NCBI GenBank assembly: GCA_002345565.1
Contig: DDVS01000002.1
Coordinates: 377,992 to 409,991, forward strand
DNA: 32,000 nt
Direction: 5' to 3'
Source: Flavobacteriales bacterium UBA2306
Lineage (GTDB): Bacteria; Bacteroidota; Bacteroidia; Flavobacteriales; Weeksellaceae
The notes beneath the pieces were generated by a model. The model made no database searches and was not told the DNA's origin. It was given only the letters and a program-made list of their open reading frames with translations. Made by a program: the position numbers and the translations under genes. Position 1 is the first letter of the stretch. Every line of letters begins with the position of its first letter. Positions 15,902 through 23,983 of this stretch are shown here, piece after piece.

Positions 15902-16549
15902 TTATTTCTTTCTAATCAAGTGTAATCCGTCTCGCAAAGGTAAGATTAGATTTTCGAAATCCGGATCTTCTGCGATGATTTTGTTAACCAATTTGATTTG
16001 CTCGGTCTGTTTATCTTTTGGATTGTTTTCAAGTACTTTCCCATACCACAGAACGTTATCAATCAAAATAATACTTCCTGAACGGAGATTTGGTTTAATG
16101 AGTTTCAGATATTCCAAATAGCTTTCTTTATCTGCATCAATGAAAATCAAATCCCAAATTTTATCCAGTTTCTTGATTTCTTCTTTCGCGTCCCCTAAAA
16201 TAAATTCGATTTGCTCTTTGTAATCACTTTCTGCAAAATATTTTTTAGGAATGTAAGCTAAATCCTCATTCTTGTCAATTGTATAGATTTTACCGTCTTT
16301 CGGTAAACCTTCTGCCATACTCAAAGCGGCGTAGCCTGTAAATGTTCCGATTTCCAAAGCATTTTTTGGTTGGATGATATGCGACAGAATACTTAACAAA
16401 CGACCTTGCAGATAGCCCGAAATCATATGTGGCTGTGTGGTCTTTTGGTAAGTTTCTTTTCTTAATTTTTTTAGAATCGCTGGTTCTTCGGATGCTGTTT
16501 CTTCCAGATAGCGATCCATTTCTTTGTCTATTTCTTCGAAGTAGCTCAT
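15902..16549 (-). CDS. Class I SAM-dependent O-methyltransferase (family 3, caffeoyl-CoA OMT/YrrM-like)
   Basis: 215 aa with ALEIGTFTGYAALSMAEGL (SAM motif I) and LIFIDADKESYLEY, typical of the cation-dependent OMT family. It lies 21 nt upstream of the NlpC/P60 gene. Confidence 0.8.
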   Translation of the reverse strand: MSYFEEIDKEMDRYLEETASEEPAILKKLRKETYQKTTQPHMISGYLQGRLLSILSHIIQPKNALEIGTFTGYAALSMAEGLPKDGKIYTIDKNEDLAYIPKKYFAESDYKEQIEFILGDAKEEIKKLDKIWDLIFIDADKESYLEYLKLIKPNLRSGSIILIDNVLWYGKVLENNPKDKQTEQIKLVNKIIAEDPDFENLILPLRDGLHLIRKK

Positions 16550-16739
16550 TTTTTAATAGATGATGAATGTTTGGTAATAAGTGTTTTTTAATTTATCCAA
16601 TGAATTAAAACAGTGTAGTAAATAATTATAGATAAGTTAATAGACAAAAATAATAAATTAAAAATTTTTGAAATAGTAAATAATTTATCATTGTAATTTC
16701 TAAAAATTAATTTTAAAATATACGCAATAAGTAAGGAAT

Positions 16740-16985
16740 CTAAAATAATATATAGCCAATTAGAAAACCATAATTAAAGTCGTTTAGAAGAAATCCAAAT
16801 GGAAATTTGACAATATTTAGAATAATAAAAGCGATTTTAACATCCCAATCCATAGAATATAAACCAAATTTTTCTGTGGACGTTAAGCTATCTTCGTAAT
16901 CTAATAGCCAAAGTGCACTTATAATAAAAGATAAAAAATAATTTAGAATATAAAGTGAGTAGTAAGGCTTAAAATATTTTAGCAT
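16740..16985 (-). CDS. Small hydrophobic hypothetical protein in a very AT-rich stretch (possibly a gene remnant)
   Basis: 81 aa, mostly hydrophobic and aromatic. A perfect -7 box lies 14 nt upstream. Further hydrophobic ORF fragments follow in other frames. Confidence 0.35.
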   Translation of the reverse strand: MLKYFKPYYSLYILNYFLSFIISALWLLDYEDSLTSTEKFGLYSMDWDVKIAFIILNIVKFPFGFLLNDFNYGFLIGYILF

Positions 16986-16998
16986 TATTAGTTTTAGT

Positions 16999-17006
16999 CA
17001 AATTTA
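16999..17006 (-). promoter_or_regulatory. -7 promoter box TAAATTTG (minus strand) for the small hydrophobic ORF
   Basis: The plus strand reads caaattta, an exact TAnnTTTG on the minus strand. It lies between the ompA-family terminator and the ATG at 16985. Confidence 0.35.
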
Positions 17007-17026
17007 CAGTTTCTAGAAGAATTTGA

Positions 17027-17063
17027 TAAAAAAACCTTCAAGGATTCAAAATCCTTGAAGGTT
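17027..17063 (-). terminator. Rho-independent terminator of the OmpA-family gene
   Basis: aaccttcaaggatt (17033-17046) pairs with aatccttgaaggtt (17050-17063). An A7 run at 17027-17033 gives a U-tract on the minus strand. Confidence 0.8.
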
Positions 17064-17093
17064 TAAGCTATTCGCCAAAAGCAATTTGCGAAA

Positions 17094-17930
17094 TTATTTC
17101 TTAACCGGAGCGATATCCATCAATTTCATAAACTCATCCAATTTTGGCATAATGATGATTTCCGTTCTACGGTTTTCACCTCTTCCAGAAACTGAAGCGT
17201 TTGTAGTCTTAGGATTGTATTCTCCTCTACCACCAGCTGTAATTCTGTTAGGGTTTACGCCAAACTGATTCTGCAATACTTTTGCAACGGAAGTCGCTCT
17301 CAAAGCAGAAAGTTCCCAATTGTCTCTTGGAGAATTGTTGCTGTTCAACGGCGAGTTGTCTGTGTTACCTTCGATCAAAACGCTGTAAGTATCATAATCG
17401 TTGATTACTTTTGCAACTTTCGCTAAAACATCGGCAGCCGCTGGCTGAATGTCATATTTTCCAACTTGATAAAGCATTTTGTCTGATAACGAAATCAATA
17501 CCACACCTTTCAATACTTTCACATCTACATCTTGGTCTGCAACGTTGTCAAGAGAACGTTTTAGTTTATTAGATAAAGCCAAATTCAAACTATCGTTTTT
17601 GCTTTTTCCAGAAATCAATTGCTTGATGTAAGCATTTGATGCATTGATTTCTCCAACCAACTTATCAATATTTGCAGAACCTTTTCCTGCATTAGATAAA
17701 CAAGCGTCCAAACTAGATTTAAGCGCATTGTTTTGTCCAACTAGCAAGTCATTCTGACCTTTAAGAGAAGAGTTTTCTCCTTTTAAGTCTTGGATTTGAC
17801 GCATTCTTTCACCTGCATCTTCGATACATTGTTTGTAATTCAGATTAAGTGCATCGAATTTTTTTTGGCTGACACAAGATGCAAGAGAAAGTCCCATTGC
17901 AGTAATTGTCAAAATTTTAAATAATCTCAT
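17094..17930 (-). CDS. OmpA-family lipoprotein with an N-terminal coiled-coil region
   Basis: The lipobox is GLSLASC. A Q/N/L-rich helical region is followed by an OmpA C-like domain: LIEGNTDNSPL...NWELSALRATSVAKVL...GRGEYNP...NRRTEIIIMP. Confidence 0.88.
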   Translation of the reverse strand: MRLFKILTITAMGLSLASCVSQKKFDALNLNYKQCIEDAGERMRQIQDLKGENSSLKGQNDLLVGQNNALKSSLDACLSNAGKGSANIDKLVGEINASNAYIKQLISGKSKNDSLNLALSNKLKRSLDNVADQDVDVKVLKGVVLISLSDKMLYQVGKYDIQPAAADVLAKVAKVINDYDTYSVLIEGNTDNSPLNSNNSPRDNWELSALRATSVAKVLQNQFGVNPNRITAGGRGEYNPKTTNASVSGRGENRRTEIIIMPKLDEFMKLMDIAPVKK

Positions 17931-18030
17931 AGTAAATATTTATTTGTTTTTAATTGATAATTTGGAATCGCACAAGCGACTTCATAATTATTAGTTTTTT
18001 TATGGTTTCAAAAGTAAGAATTAATAACTG

Positions 18031-18038
18031 TATCTTTG
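18031..18038 (+). promoter_or_regulatory. -7 promoter box TATCTTTG upstream of tilS
   Basis: An exact TAnnTTTG, 32 nt upstream of the GTG start. Confidence 0.4.
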
Positions 18039-18069
18039 CTGATATAACTTAGTATTTCGTTATAAAATT

Positions 18070-19380
18070 GTGTTAAGTATATTAAAATTTCAAAACGTTC
18101 TAGAGCAATTGCTCAGCCAATCACAACAAAAAACATACCTTTTGGCTGTAAGTGGAGGTGTTGACTCGATGGTTTTGGCTGATTTTTTTCAGGTTTCGGG
18201 TTTAAATTTTCATATAGCGCACATCAACTATCATCTTCGTAATGAGGATTCTAACTTAGACCAGAAAGTCGTTTCTGACTTTTGCGAAAAACATAAAATT
18301 CCTTTCCATTTATATGAAGTTTCGGAAAATGATAATCAACCGAAAAATTCTATTCAAAATTGGGCAAGAGAATTACGATATCGTTTTTTTAGAGAAATTC
18401 AGGAAAAAGAAAATCTTGATTTTTTAGTCACGGCGCATCATCTGAATGACCAATTGGAAACGTTTATCATTAATCTTTCTAAAGCTTCCGGAATACAAGG
18501 GTTGAGTGGAATTCCTGCCAATGAAAATGGAATTATTCGTCCGCTTCTTGATTTTTCTAAGGACGAAATTTATGATTTTGCAAAACAGAATCAAATCGAA
18601 TTTCGTGAAGATAAATCCAATCAAAAAACAGACTATTTAAGGAATAAAATCCGACACCACATTGTTCCGGAATTAGAAAAAATCAATTTGGATTTTCTAT
18701 CTAATTTTTCAAAAAGCATCAATTATATTAATCAATCTAAAGATTTTATTAATCAATATGTTGACGATAAAATTGAAATTCTAAAGATAAATTCTTCGGG
18801 AAATCAAGTCGTTATTAATAAAGAAAAATTCTCTGAAGAATCTGAGTTGATTCGATATGAGATTTTGAAAAGATTTGGTTTTACAGATGAGAACGAAATG
18901 CAAAAAGTTCTGACTGCACAAACAGGAAGCTCATTTTTTAATTCTGAATTTCAATTAATCATCAATAGAAACGAGTTGATTTTTGAAAAGAAAAAAGAAC
19001 AAAGAGGAAAGAATAAAGACGAAATATTTTTAGAAATTAAAGAAAATCAAATCATTATTCCTAAAAATATTAAAAAAGAAATCCAAGAATTTGGCAATTG
19101 TTTTTGGAAAATCGATAAGCAAAAAGTTCAATTGCCTCTGAAATTGAGAAAGAAACAAGAAGGCGATTTGTTTTTTCCTATTGGAATGATTGGTAAAAAG
19201 AAAATTTCGAAGTTTTTTAAGGATGAAAAATTGTCTATTTTAGCCAAGCAAAAAATCTGGCTTCTTTGTGATGCTGATGAACAAATCTTAGGTGTGTTAC
19301 CTTTTCGCCAAGACGGAAGATTTTCATCAGATAAATCATCAGATTATTTGGAAGTTAGAGTTAACCACATAGGCACATAG
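18070..19380 (+). CDS. tilS: tRNA(Ile)-lysidine synthase
   Basis: 436 aa with a GTG start. The PP-loop is LLAVSGGVDSMVL. It also has TAHHLNDQLETFIINL and RPLLDFSKDEI. The last six codons plus the stop (VNHIGT*) lie inside repeat R1. Confidence 0.9.
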   Translation: MLSILKFQNVLEQLLSQSQQKTYLLAVSGGVDSMVLADFFQVSGLNFHIAHINYHLRNEDSNLDQKVVSDFCEKHKIPFHLYEVSENDNQPKNSIQNWARELRYRFFREIQEKENLDFLVTAHHLNDQLETFIINLSKASGIQGLSGIPANENGIIRPLLDFSKDEIYDFAKQNQIEFREDKSNQKTDYLRNKIRHHIVPELEKINLDFLSNFSKSINYINQSKDFINQYVDDKIEILKINSSGNQVVINKEKFSEESELIRYEILKRFGFTDENEMQKVLTAQTGSSFFNSEFQLIINRNELIFEKKKEQRGKNKDEIFLEIKENQIIIPKNIKKEIQEFGNCFWKIDKQKVQLPLKLRKKQEGDLFFPIGMIGKKKISKFFKDEKLSILAKQKIWLLCDADEQILGVLPFRQDGRFSSDKSSDYLEVRVNHIGT

Positions 19381-19410
19381 CTTAATTTCTTTCTATGTGT
19401 CTATGTGGTT
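19363..19410. repeat. Inverted pair R1/R2 of the 18-nt motif AACCACATAGRCACATAG (hairpin, 12-nt loop)
   Basis: R1 is aaccacataggcacatag (19363-19380). R2 is ctatgtgtctatgtggtt (19393-19410). 17 of 18 positions are complementary, and the odd pair is G:T. Confidence 0.9.
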
Positions 19411-19430
19411 GAAAATTAAGATTAAATAGA

Positions 19431-19835
19431 ATGACTCAAAAACAAATAACAGAATTGACTTATAAAATTTTGGGAGCTTATATCGAAGTTCATAAAACTT
19501 TAGGTCCTGGTTTGTTAGAGATTGTTTATCATAAAGCATTAAAAGAAGAATTTCGGATTCAAAATATAAATTATAAATCTGAATTTATTATTCCTGTGAA
19601 ATATAAAGACATTGATTTAAACTGTGGTTTCCAATGTGACTTCATTGTAGAAGATTCAATTGTTATCGAAATTAAATCAGTTAAAGAATTTCACGATATT
19701 CATAAAGCTCAGATTCTTAATTATATGAATCTTTTGAAAGTTCCAAAAGGAATTTTGGTAAATTTCAATGTAACCAATATTTTTAAAGAAGGACAACAGA
19801 CTTTTGTGAATAAATATTACGAACAATTAAATTAA
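19431..19835 (+). CDS. GxxExxY family protein (PD-(D/E)XK nuclease-like fold)
   Basis: 134 aa. The signature is GPGLLEIVYHKAL (G-x-x-E-x-x-Y), and CDFIVEDSIVIEIKS fits a D...E-x-K nuclease motif. Confidence 0.85.
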   Translation: MTQKQITELTYKILGAYIEVHKTLGPGLLEIVYHKALKEEFRIQNINYKSEFIIPVKYKDIDLNCGFQCDFIVEDSIVIEIKSVKEFHDIHKAQILNYMNLLKVPKGILVNFNVTNIFKEGQQTFVNKYYEQLN

Positions 19836-19839
19836 ACTG

Positions 19840-19927
19840 AACCACATATACACATAGTATTCCGAGGTATCTATTTTACCTTTATTTATAATATTTTAAA
19901 AAGAAAATCTATTGTGCCTATGTGGTT
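19840..19927. repeat. Inverted pair R3/R4 of the same 18-nt motif (51-nt spacer)
   Basis: R3 is aaccacatatacacatag (19840-19857). R4 is ctattgtgcctatgtggtt (19909-19927). The reverse complement of R4 equals R1 apart from a 1-nt insertion, and the reverse complement of R3 equals R2 apart from 1 nt. Confidence 0.9.
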
Positions 19928-19940
19928 AAAACTAAATAAA

Positions 19941-22013
19941 ATGAAAGATTCAAAACTAGTGTTGTCAACACTTTTTCTATTTATAATAACCATTTTCAAT
20001 GCGCAGATAAAAAATCCGGTTAAGTTCAAATTCGATGTTAATCCTATTGGAAAAGACGAATATGAAGCTGTTTTGACAGGAACGATTGAAGATAAATGGC
20101 ATATTTATTCACAAGATTTACCGCTAGATTCCGGAATTCCAACTGAATTTAAAATCATTTCAAAACAAGGAATCCAACTGATCGGAAAAGTTCAGGAGAT
20201 TGGAAAAAAACACGATGAGTTTTCGGAAGCTTTCGGAGCGCAGATTGTTTATTATTCTAATAAAGTGGCTTTCAAGCAGAAATTCAAACCGAAAGATGCT
20301 TCCAAACCAGCGACAATTACAGCTGAAATAATGTATCAGACTTGTAACGACCGCGTTTGTCTGGCCCCAAATACTCTGGAATTTGAAAAGCAAATTGAAG
20401 GAAGTAAAACAGCAGTCGCACAAGAAGAAAAAGTTGAGAGAACAAAAGATACGGTTTACGAAGTTGCTCCAGCTGGACAAGTTGGAACGGTTTTAAAACC
20501 AACAAATATTGAAACTCCAGCAGTTGCAAAACAAGACGGTTTGAAAGTTAATTCTCTGGACTTCAAAAATCCGTTGACCAACTGTGGCACTGTTCAGGAA
20601 AAACCGAATGATGACAATTGGTTGGTTCTTGGATTAGGATTCTTGGGAGGATTAATTGCATTGCTTACGCCTTGCGTATTTCCAATGATTCCGTTGACGG
20701 TTTCATTCTTTACAAAAGGAAACAAAGACAAAGCAAAAGGTAAAAGAGATGCGTTTATTTACGGATTTTTCATTATGTTGATTTTTGTTTTATTGAGTAT
20801 TCCGTTTCATATTATTGATGGGATTTCGGGTAATATTTTCAATCAGATTTCGACGAATATTTGGCTTAACTTATTTTTCTTCGCGATATTTTTATTCTTT
20901 GCATTAAGCTTTTTCGGGTATTACGAAATCACTTTGCCAAGTTCAATCGCCAACAAATCTTCCAAAGCTGAAGAAGCTGGCGGATTGATTGGGATTTTCT
21001 TTATGGCTTTGACTTTGGTCATCGTTTCGTTCTCTTGTACAGGTCCTATTTTGGGAAGTTTATTAGGTGGAGTTGTGGCTGGAGCGACTAATGTTCCAAC
21101 ATTATTGACATTTGCCTTAGCTGGTTTTGGCTTGGCTTGGGCATTGGTTTTTGGGTTGTTGGCATTGTTTCCGCAAGCTTTACAAAGTTTGCCAAAATCT
21201 GGTGGTTGGATGAACACGGTAAAAGTTGTTCTTGGATTTATCGAGTTGGCTTTGGCTTTAAAATTCCTTTCAAAAGCAGATTTGGTTTCCAAAACATTCT
21301 TATTGAAAAGAGAATTGTTCATCGTGCTTTGGATTATCATTGCAATTGGATTGGTGGTTTATTTATTCGGGAAAATCAGATTTCCACACGATGATAAAAA
21401 ACCGAAAATTAGTTTAACAAGAAGAATCTTGGGAGTTTTCGGAATTGTATTTATTGGATATTTGATTCAAGGATTGATTCCTTCAGAAAAACCGAAATTA
21501 CAAATGCTAAGCGGGATTTTGCCTCCATTAAATGTTAGTTATTTCCATAAAGAAGAAGACGGAATTCTTGGATTGAAGCCTTATCATAATTATTTCGAAG
21601 CGATTGAGGTTGCGAAGAAAGAAAATAAGCCAGTTCTGATAGATTTTACAGGTTACGGTTGCGAAAATTGCCGAAAAATGGAGGAGTTTGTTTGGAGTCA
21701 GGATGATGTTTTACCGATTCTTCAGAATGATTTAATCATCGCTTCGGTTTATGTGGATGATAAGGAAGAATTGCCGGAAAGCGAACAAATCAAAATCGAT
21801 ATGGGCGAAGGACAAATGAAGAAAGTAAAAACTATCGGCGACAAATGGAGTTTGTTTCAACAAGTGAACTTTAACAACAATTCTCAACCTCATTATGTAT
21901 TGGTGACGCCGGACCAAAAAGTTATTAATTCGCCAGTTTCAGGATATATGTCAAAAGAGGATTTCAAAAAGTTCCTGAAATGTGGAATTGATTATTTTAA
22001 GAATAGCAATTGA
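19941..22013 (+). CDS. dsbD: Thiol:disulfide interchange protein DsbD (alpha, transmembrane and thioredoxin-like gamma domains)
   Basis: The start is set at ATG 19941 (MKDSKLVLSTLFLFIITIFNAQ signal peptide). The alpha-domain has YQTCNDRVCLAP, the TM cysteines are in LTPCVFPMIPL and SCTGPIL, and the C-terminal thioredoxin motif is GYGCENC. The GTG at 19914 in the ORF track lies inside repeat R4. Confidence 0.88.
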   Translation: MKDSKLVLSTLFLFIITIFNAQIKNPVKFKFDVNPIGKDEYEAVLTGTIEDKWHIYSQDLPLDSGIPTEFKIISKQGIQLIGKVQEIGKKHDEFSEAFGAQIVYYSNKVAFKQKFKPKDASKPATITAEIMYQTCNDRVCLAPNTLEFEKQIEGSKTAVAQEEKVERTKDTVYEVAPAGQVGTVLKPTNIETPAVAKQDGLKVNSLDFKNPLTNCGTVQEKPNDDNWLVLGLGFLGGLIALLTPCVFPMIPLTVSFFTKGNKDKAKGKRDAFIYGFFIMLIFVLLSIPFHIIDGISGNIFNQISTNIWLNLFFFAIFLFFALSFFGYYEITLPSSIANKSSKAEEAGGLIGIFFMALTLVIVSFSCTGPILGSLLGGVVAGATNVPTLLTFALAGFGLAWALVFGLLALFPQALQSLPKSGGWMNTVKVVLGFIELALALKFLSKADLVSKTFLLKRELFIVLWIIIAIGLVVYLFGKIRFPHDDKKPKISLTRRILGVFGIVFIGYLIQGLIPSEKPKLQMLSGILPPLNVSYFHKEEDGILGLKPYHNYFEAIEVAKKENKPVLIDFTGYGCENCRKMEEFVWSQDDVLPILQNDLIIASVYVDDKEELPESEQIKIDMGEGQMKKVKTIGDKWSLFQQVNFNNNSQPHYVLVTPDQKVINSPVSGYMSKEDFKKFLKCGIDYFKNSN

Positions 22014-22066
22014 TTTTAAAACATATTTTGTCAAAGTTAAATCTTTGATAAAGTTTCAACAATTTT

Positions 22067-22096
22067 AAGAGTTTCTTTTCAGAAGCTCTTTTTTTA
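22067..22096 (+). terminator. Rho-independent terminator of dsbD
   Basis: aagagtttct (22067-22076) pairs with agaagctctt (22081-22090), with one G:U pair, and is followed by ttttt. Confidence 0.7.
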
Positions 22097-22121
22097 TTTA
22101 TTTTAGAGGAAAATTAAACCA

Positions 22122-22619
22122 ATGAAAAATCTATTGCCGATTGCTATTTTGCTTTCCGTCTTCTCTTGTAAAAAAACTGAAGAAACTAATTCTCCAAAAG
22201 TTGACAGCACAAAAATCATCGATTCAATCAATATTGCGAGAACTAAAATTAACGATAGTATTTTGGCGAGTCGAGCTTTCAAAGATTTGTCGGGAACACA
22301 CAGCCTAACTCACGATATGATTTCTGGAAATGGGAAAATTAGCTTTACAAAAATCGGTCAGGACGAATATAAAGTCTCTGGCGAAAATAAAGCAGGAAGT
22401 AATTTTGTGAAAATCGAAGGAACTGCTAGAATGACTTCTCCCAAAAATCTTAAATTTGATGGAATCATTACGCAGAGTATTTCCGATTACGATAATGGAA
22501 AATTGGATGTAAGAAAAGGTAAAAGAAATTTCTCTACAAAAGATAATGCAAAAACCTTCCGCCTTTATGAATCTGTCAATAACGCAGGTTTTGCAGATAA
22601 AATAATTATCAAAATGTAA
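22122..22619 (+). CDS. Hypothetical lipoprotein
   Basis: 165 aa with lipobox LLSVFSCKK. I recognise no other motif. Confidence 0.6.
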   Translation: MKNLLPIAILLSVFSCKKTEETNSPKVDSTKIIDSINIARTKINDSILASRAFKDLSGTHSLTHDMISGNGKISFTKIGQDEYKVSGENKAGSNFVKIEGTARMTSPKNLKFDGIITQSISDYDNGKLDVRKGKRNFSTKDNAKTFRLYESVNNAGFADKIIIKM

Positions 22620-22622
22620 ATT

Positions 22623-23405
22623 ATGCTTAATTATAAAGTACAGGGAAACAGCTCAGAAAATCTTGTTTTGTTACACGGCTTTATGGAAAATCTGTCGATT
22701 TGGGATGATATGATTCCGTTTCTGTCAGAGAAGTTCAAGCTGATAAAAATTGATTTGCCAGGTTTTGGAAAGTCAGAAGTTGTGGCTGAAATACAAACTT
22801 CTGAAATAATGGCTGAAGAAGTCAAAAAAGTTACGGATGAATTGGGCTTGACAGAATTTCACTTGTTGGGACACTCTATGGGAGGTTATATTTCTTTGGC
22901 GTTTGCGGAAAAATATCCTGAGCTTTTGAAATCATTTACTTTGTTTTTCTCCACTTATTTTGCTGATGACGAAGTGAAGAAAGAAACCAGAAGAAAAGGA
23001 CTGAGAATCATCAAAGAAAATCTCAGAGCATTTGTCAACGCGGGCGTTCCCAATCTTTTCAACCCAAATGAACACGATATTTTAGAATCGAAAATCAAAC
23101 TTGCAAAGGAAACCGCTTACACATCTTCCGTTGAAGGTGTTTTAGCGTCGCAAAAAGGAATGATAGAACGTATTGATAGAAAATCGGTTTTAGAAAACTT
23201 TGAAGGAAAAATACTTGTTTTATCAGGTAAACACGATTCCGCTGTCAATTCCGAAAAAACCATTAAAAATCTTCCCGACAAAACCAATATCAAGTCTTAT
23301 GTTCTAGATTGCGGTCACAACGGACATTGGGAAAAACCCGAGATTTGTGCCTCGATTATTAATACAGAATTACTGCATCATTTACCTAAAAAACTTGTTT
23401 TTTAA
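22623..23405 (+). CDS. Alpha/beta-fold hydrolase
   Basis: 260 aa with LLHGF (oxyanion region), the nucleophile elbow GHSMGG and a C-terminal GHNGHWE histidine. It starts 4 nt after the lipoprotein stop. Confidence 0.8.
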   Translation: MLNYKVQGNSSENLVLLHGFMENLSIWDDMIPFLSEKFKLIKIDLPGFGKSEVVAEIQTSEIMAEEVKKVTDELGLTEFHLLGHSMGGYISLAFAEKYPELLKSFTLFFSTYFADDEVKKETRRKGLRIIKENLRAFVNAGVPNLFNPNEHDILESKIKLAKETAYTSSVEGVLASQKGMIERIDRKSVLENFEGKILVLSGKHDSAVNSEKTIKNLPDKTNIKSYVLDCGHNGHWEKPEICASIINTELLHHLPKKLVF

Positions 23406-23406
23406 A

Positions 23407-23769
23407 ATGGAAATTATCTCAAAAATCCTAATTGCAATCGTCGCTCTGGAGCATCTTTACATCCTTTATATGGAAATGTTCGCTTGGGATACGCTTGGAA
23501 AAAAAACGTTTAAAACAATTCCGTCAGAACTTTTCAAACCCACCAAAAGTTTGGCTGCTAATCAAGGACTTTACAATGGATTTTTATCAGCCGGACTGAT
23601 TTGGAGTTTGTTTATTTGTGACGAGAATTGGTCAAGAAATATTGCCGTATTTTTCCTTGGATGTGTTATTGTTGCGGGCATTTACGGCGCACTTACTGCT
23701 GCTAAAAAAATCTTTTTTGTTCAAGCGTTACCAGCCATTATTGCGCTGATTTTCGTTTTGTTGAGATAA
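23407..23769 (+). CDS. DUF1304 family membrane protein
   Basis: The start is set at ATG 23407 (MEIISKILIAIVALEHLYILYMEMFAW...), 2 nt after the hydrolase stop. It has four hydrophobic segments. The longer 23347 ORF would overlap the hydrolase gene. Confidence 0.7.
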   Translation: MEIISKILIAIVALEHLYILYMEMFAWDTLGKKTFKTIPSELFKPTKSLAANQGLYNGFLSAGLIWSLFICDENWSRNIAVFFLGCVIVAGIYGALTAAKKIFFVQALPAIIALIFVLLR

Positions 23770-23776
23770 ATTTTTA

Positions 23777-23894
23777 GGAGCTATTTCCCGCTATCCGCTA
23801 TATCTTTTTTGTCATTGCGAACGAGGTGAAGCAATCTGTTAAGCTTTTTGTCAATCGCAATAACAAAAAAGGATGCCGCTATTATCGGGACTAG
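23777..23894. repeat. Nested-palindrome REP/MITE-like intergenic element (about 118 bp)
   Basis: The inner arms are ttgtcattgcga (23809-23820) and tcgcaataacaa (23855-23866), 11 of 12 complementary. The outer ends are tcccg...atctttt (23786-23808) and aaaaggat...cggga (23867-23890), complementary only at their termini. It has no coding capacity. Confidence 0.6.
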
Positions 23895-23983
23895 TGATTT
23901 TGTCTGTCAATCAACATTCAGTATGTGAATTGAATTTGTAGCAATCAAATCTTGATTCTTTTACCTTTTGTATTGGTTTCTTG

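Noticed and set aside
18009-18016. Minus-strand TACTTTTG box as the promoter of the OmpA-family gene
   Set aside because: It matches TAnnTTTG exactly, but it lies 79 nt from the ATG with no -33 element and overlaps the tilS promoter region. This is too uncertain to list as a feature.
19914-19940. GTG start extending dsbD by nine codons (MPMWLKLNK)
   Set aside because: The extension is encoded by repeat R4. The signal peptide begins at ATG 19941.
20160-21394. Several ORFs of 70-139 aa within dsbD (four antisense, one same-strand out of frame), and similar ones in the ALDH gene (27367-28349), the CBS-like gene (6143-6508), lat (30033-30989) and the DUF2723 gene
   Set aside because: All lie inside genes with clear family motifs. 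None has independent support.
23347-23406. Upstream start of the DUF1304 ORF overlapping the hydrolase gene by 59 nt
   Set aside because: The ATG at 23407, 2 nt after the hydrolase stop, gives the hydrophobic N-terminus typical of the family.
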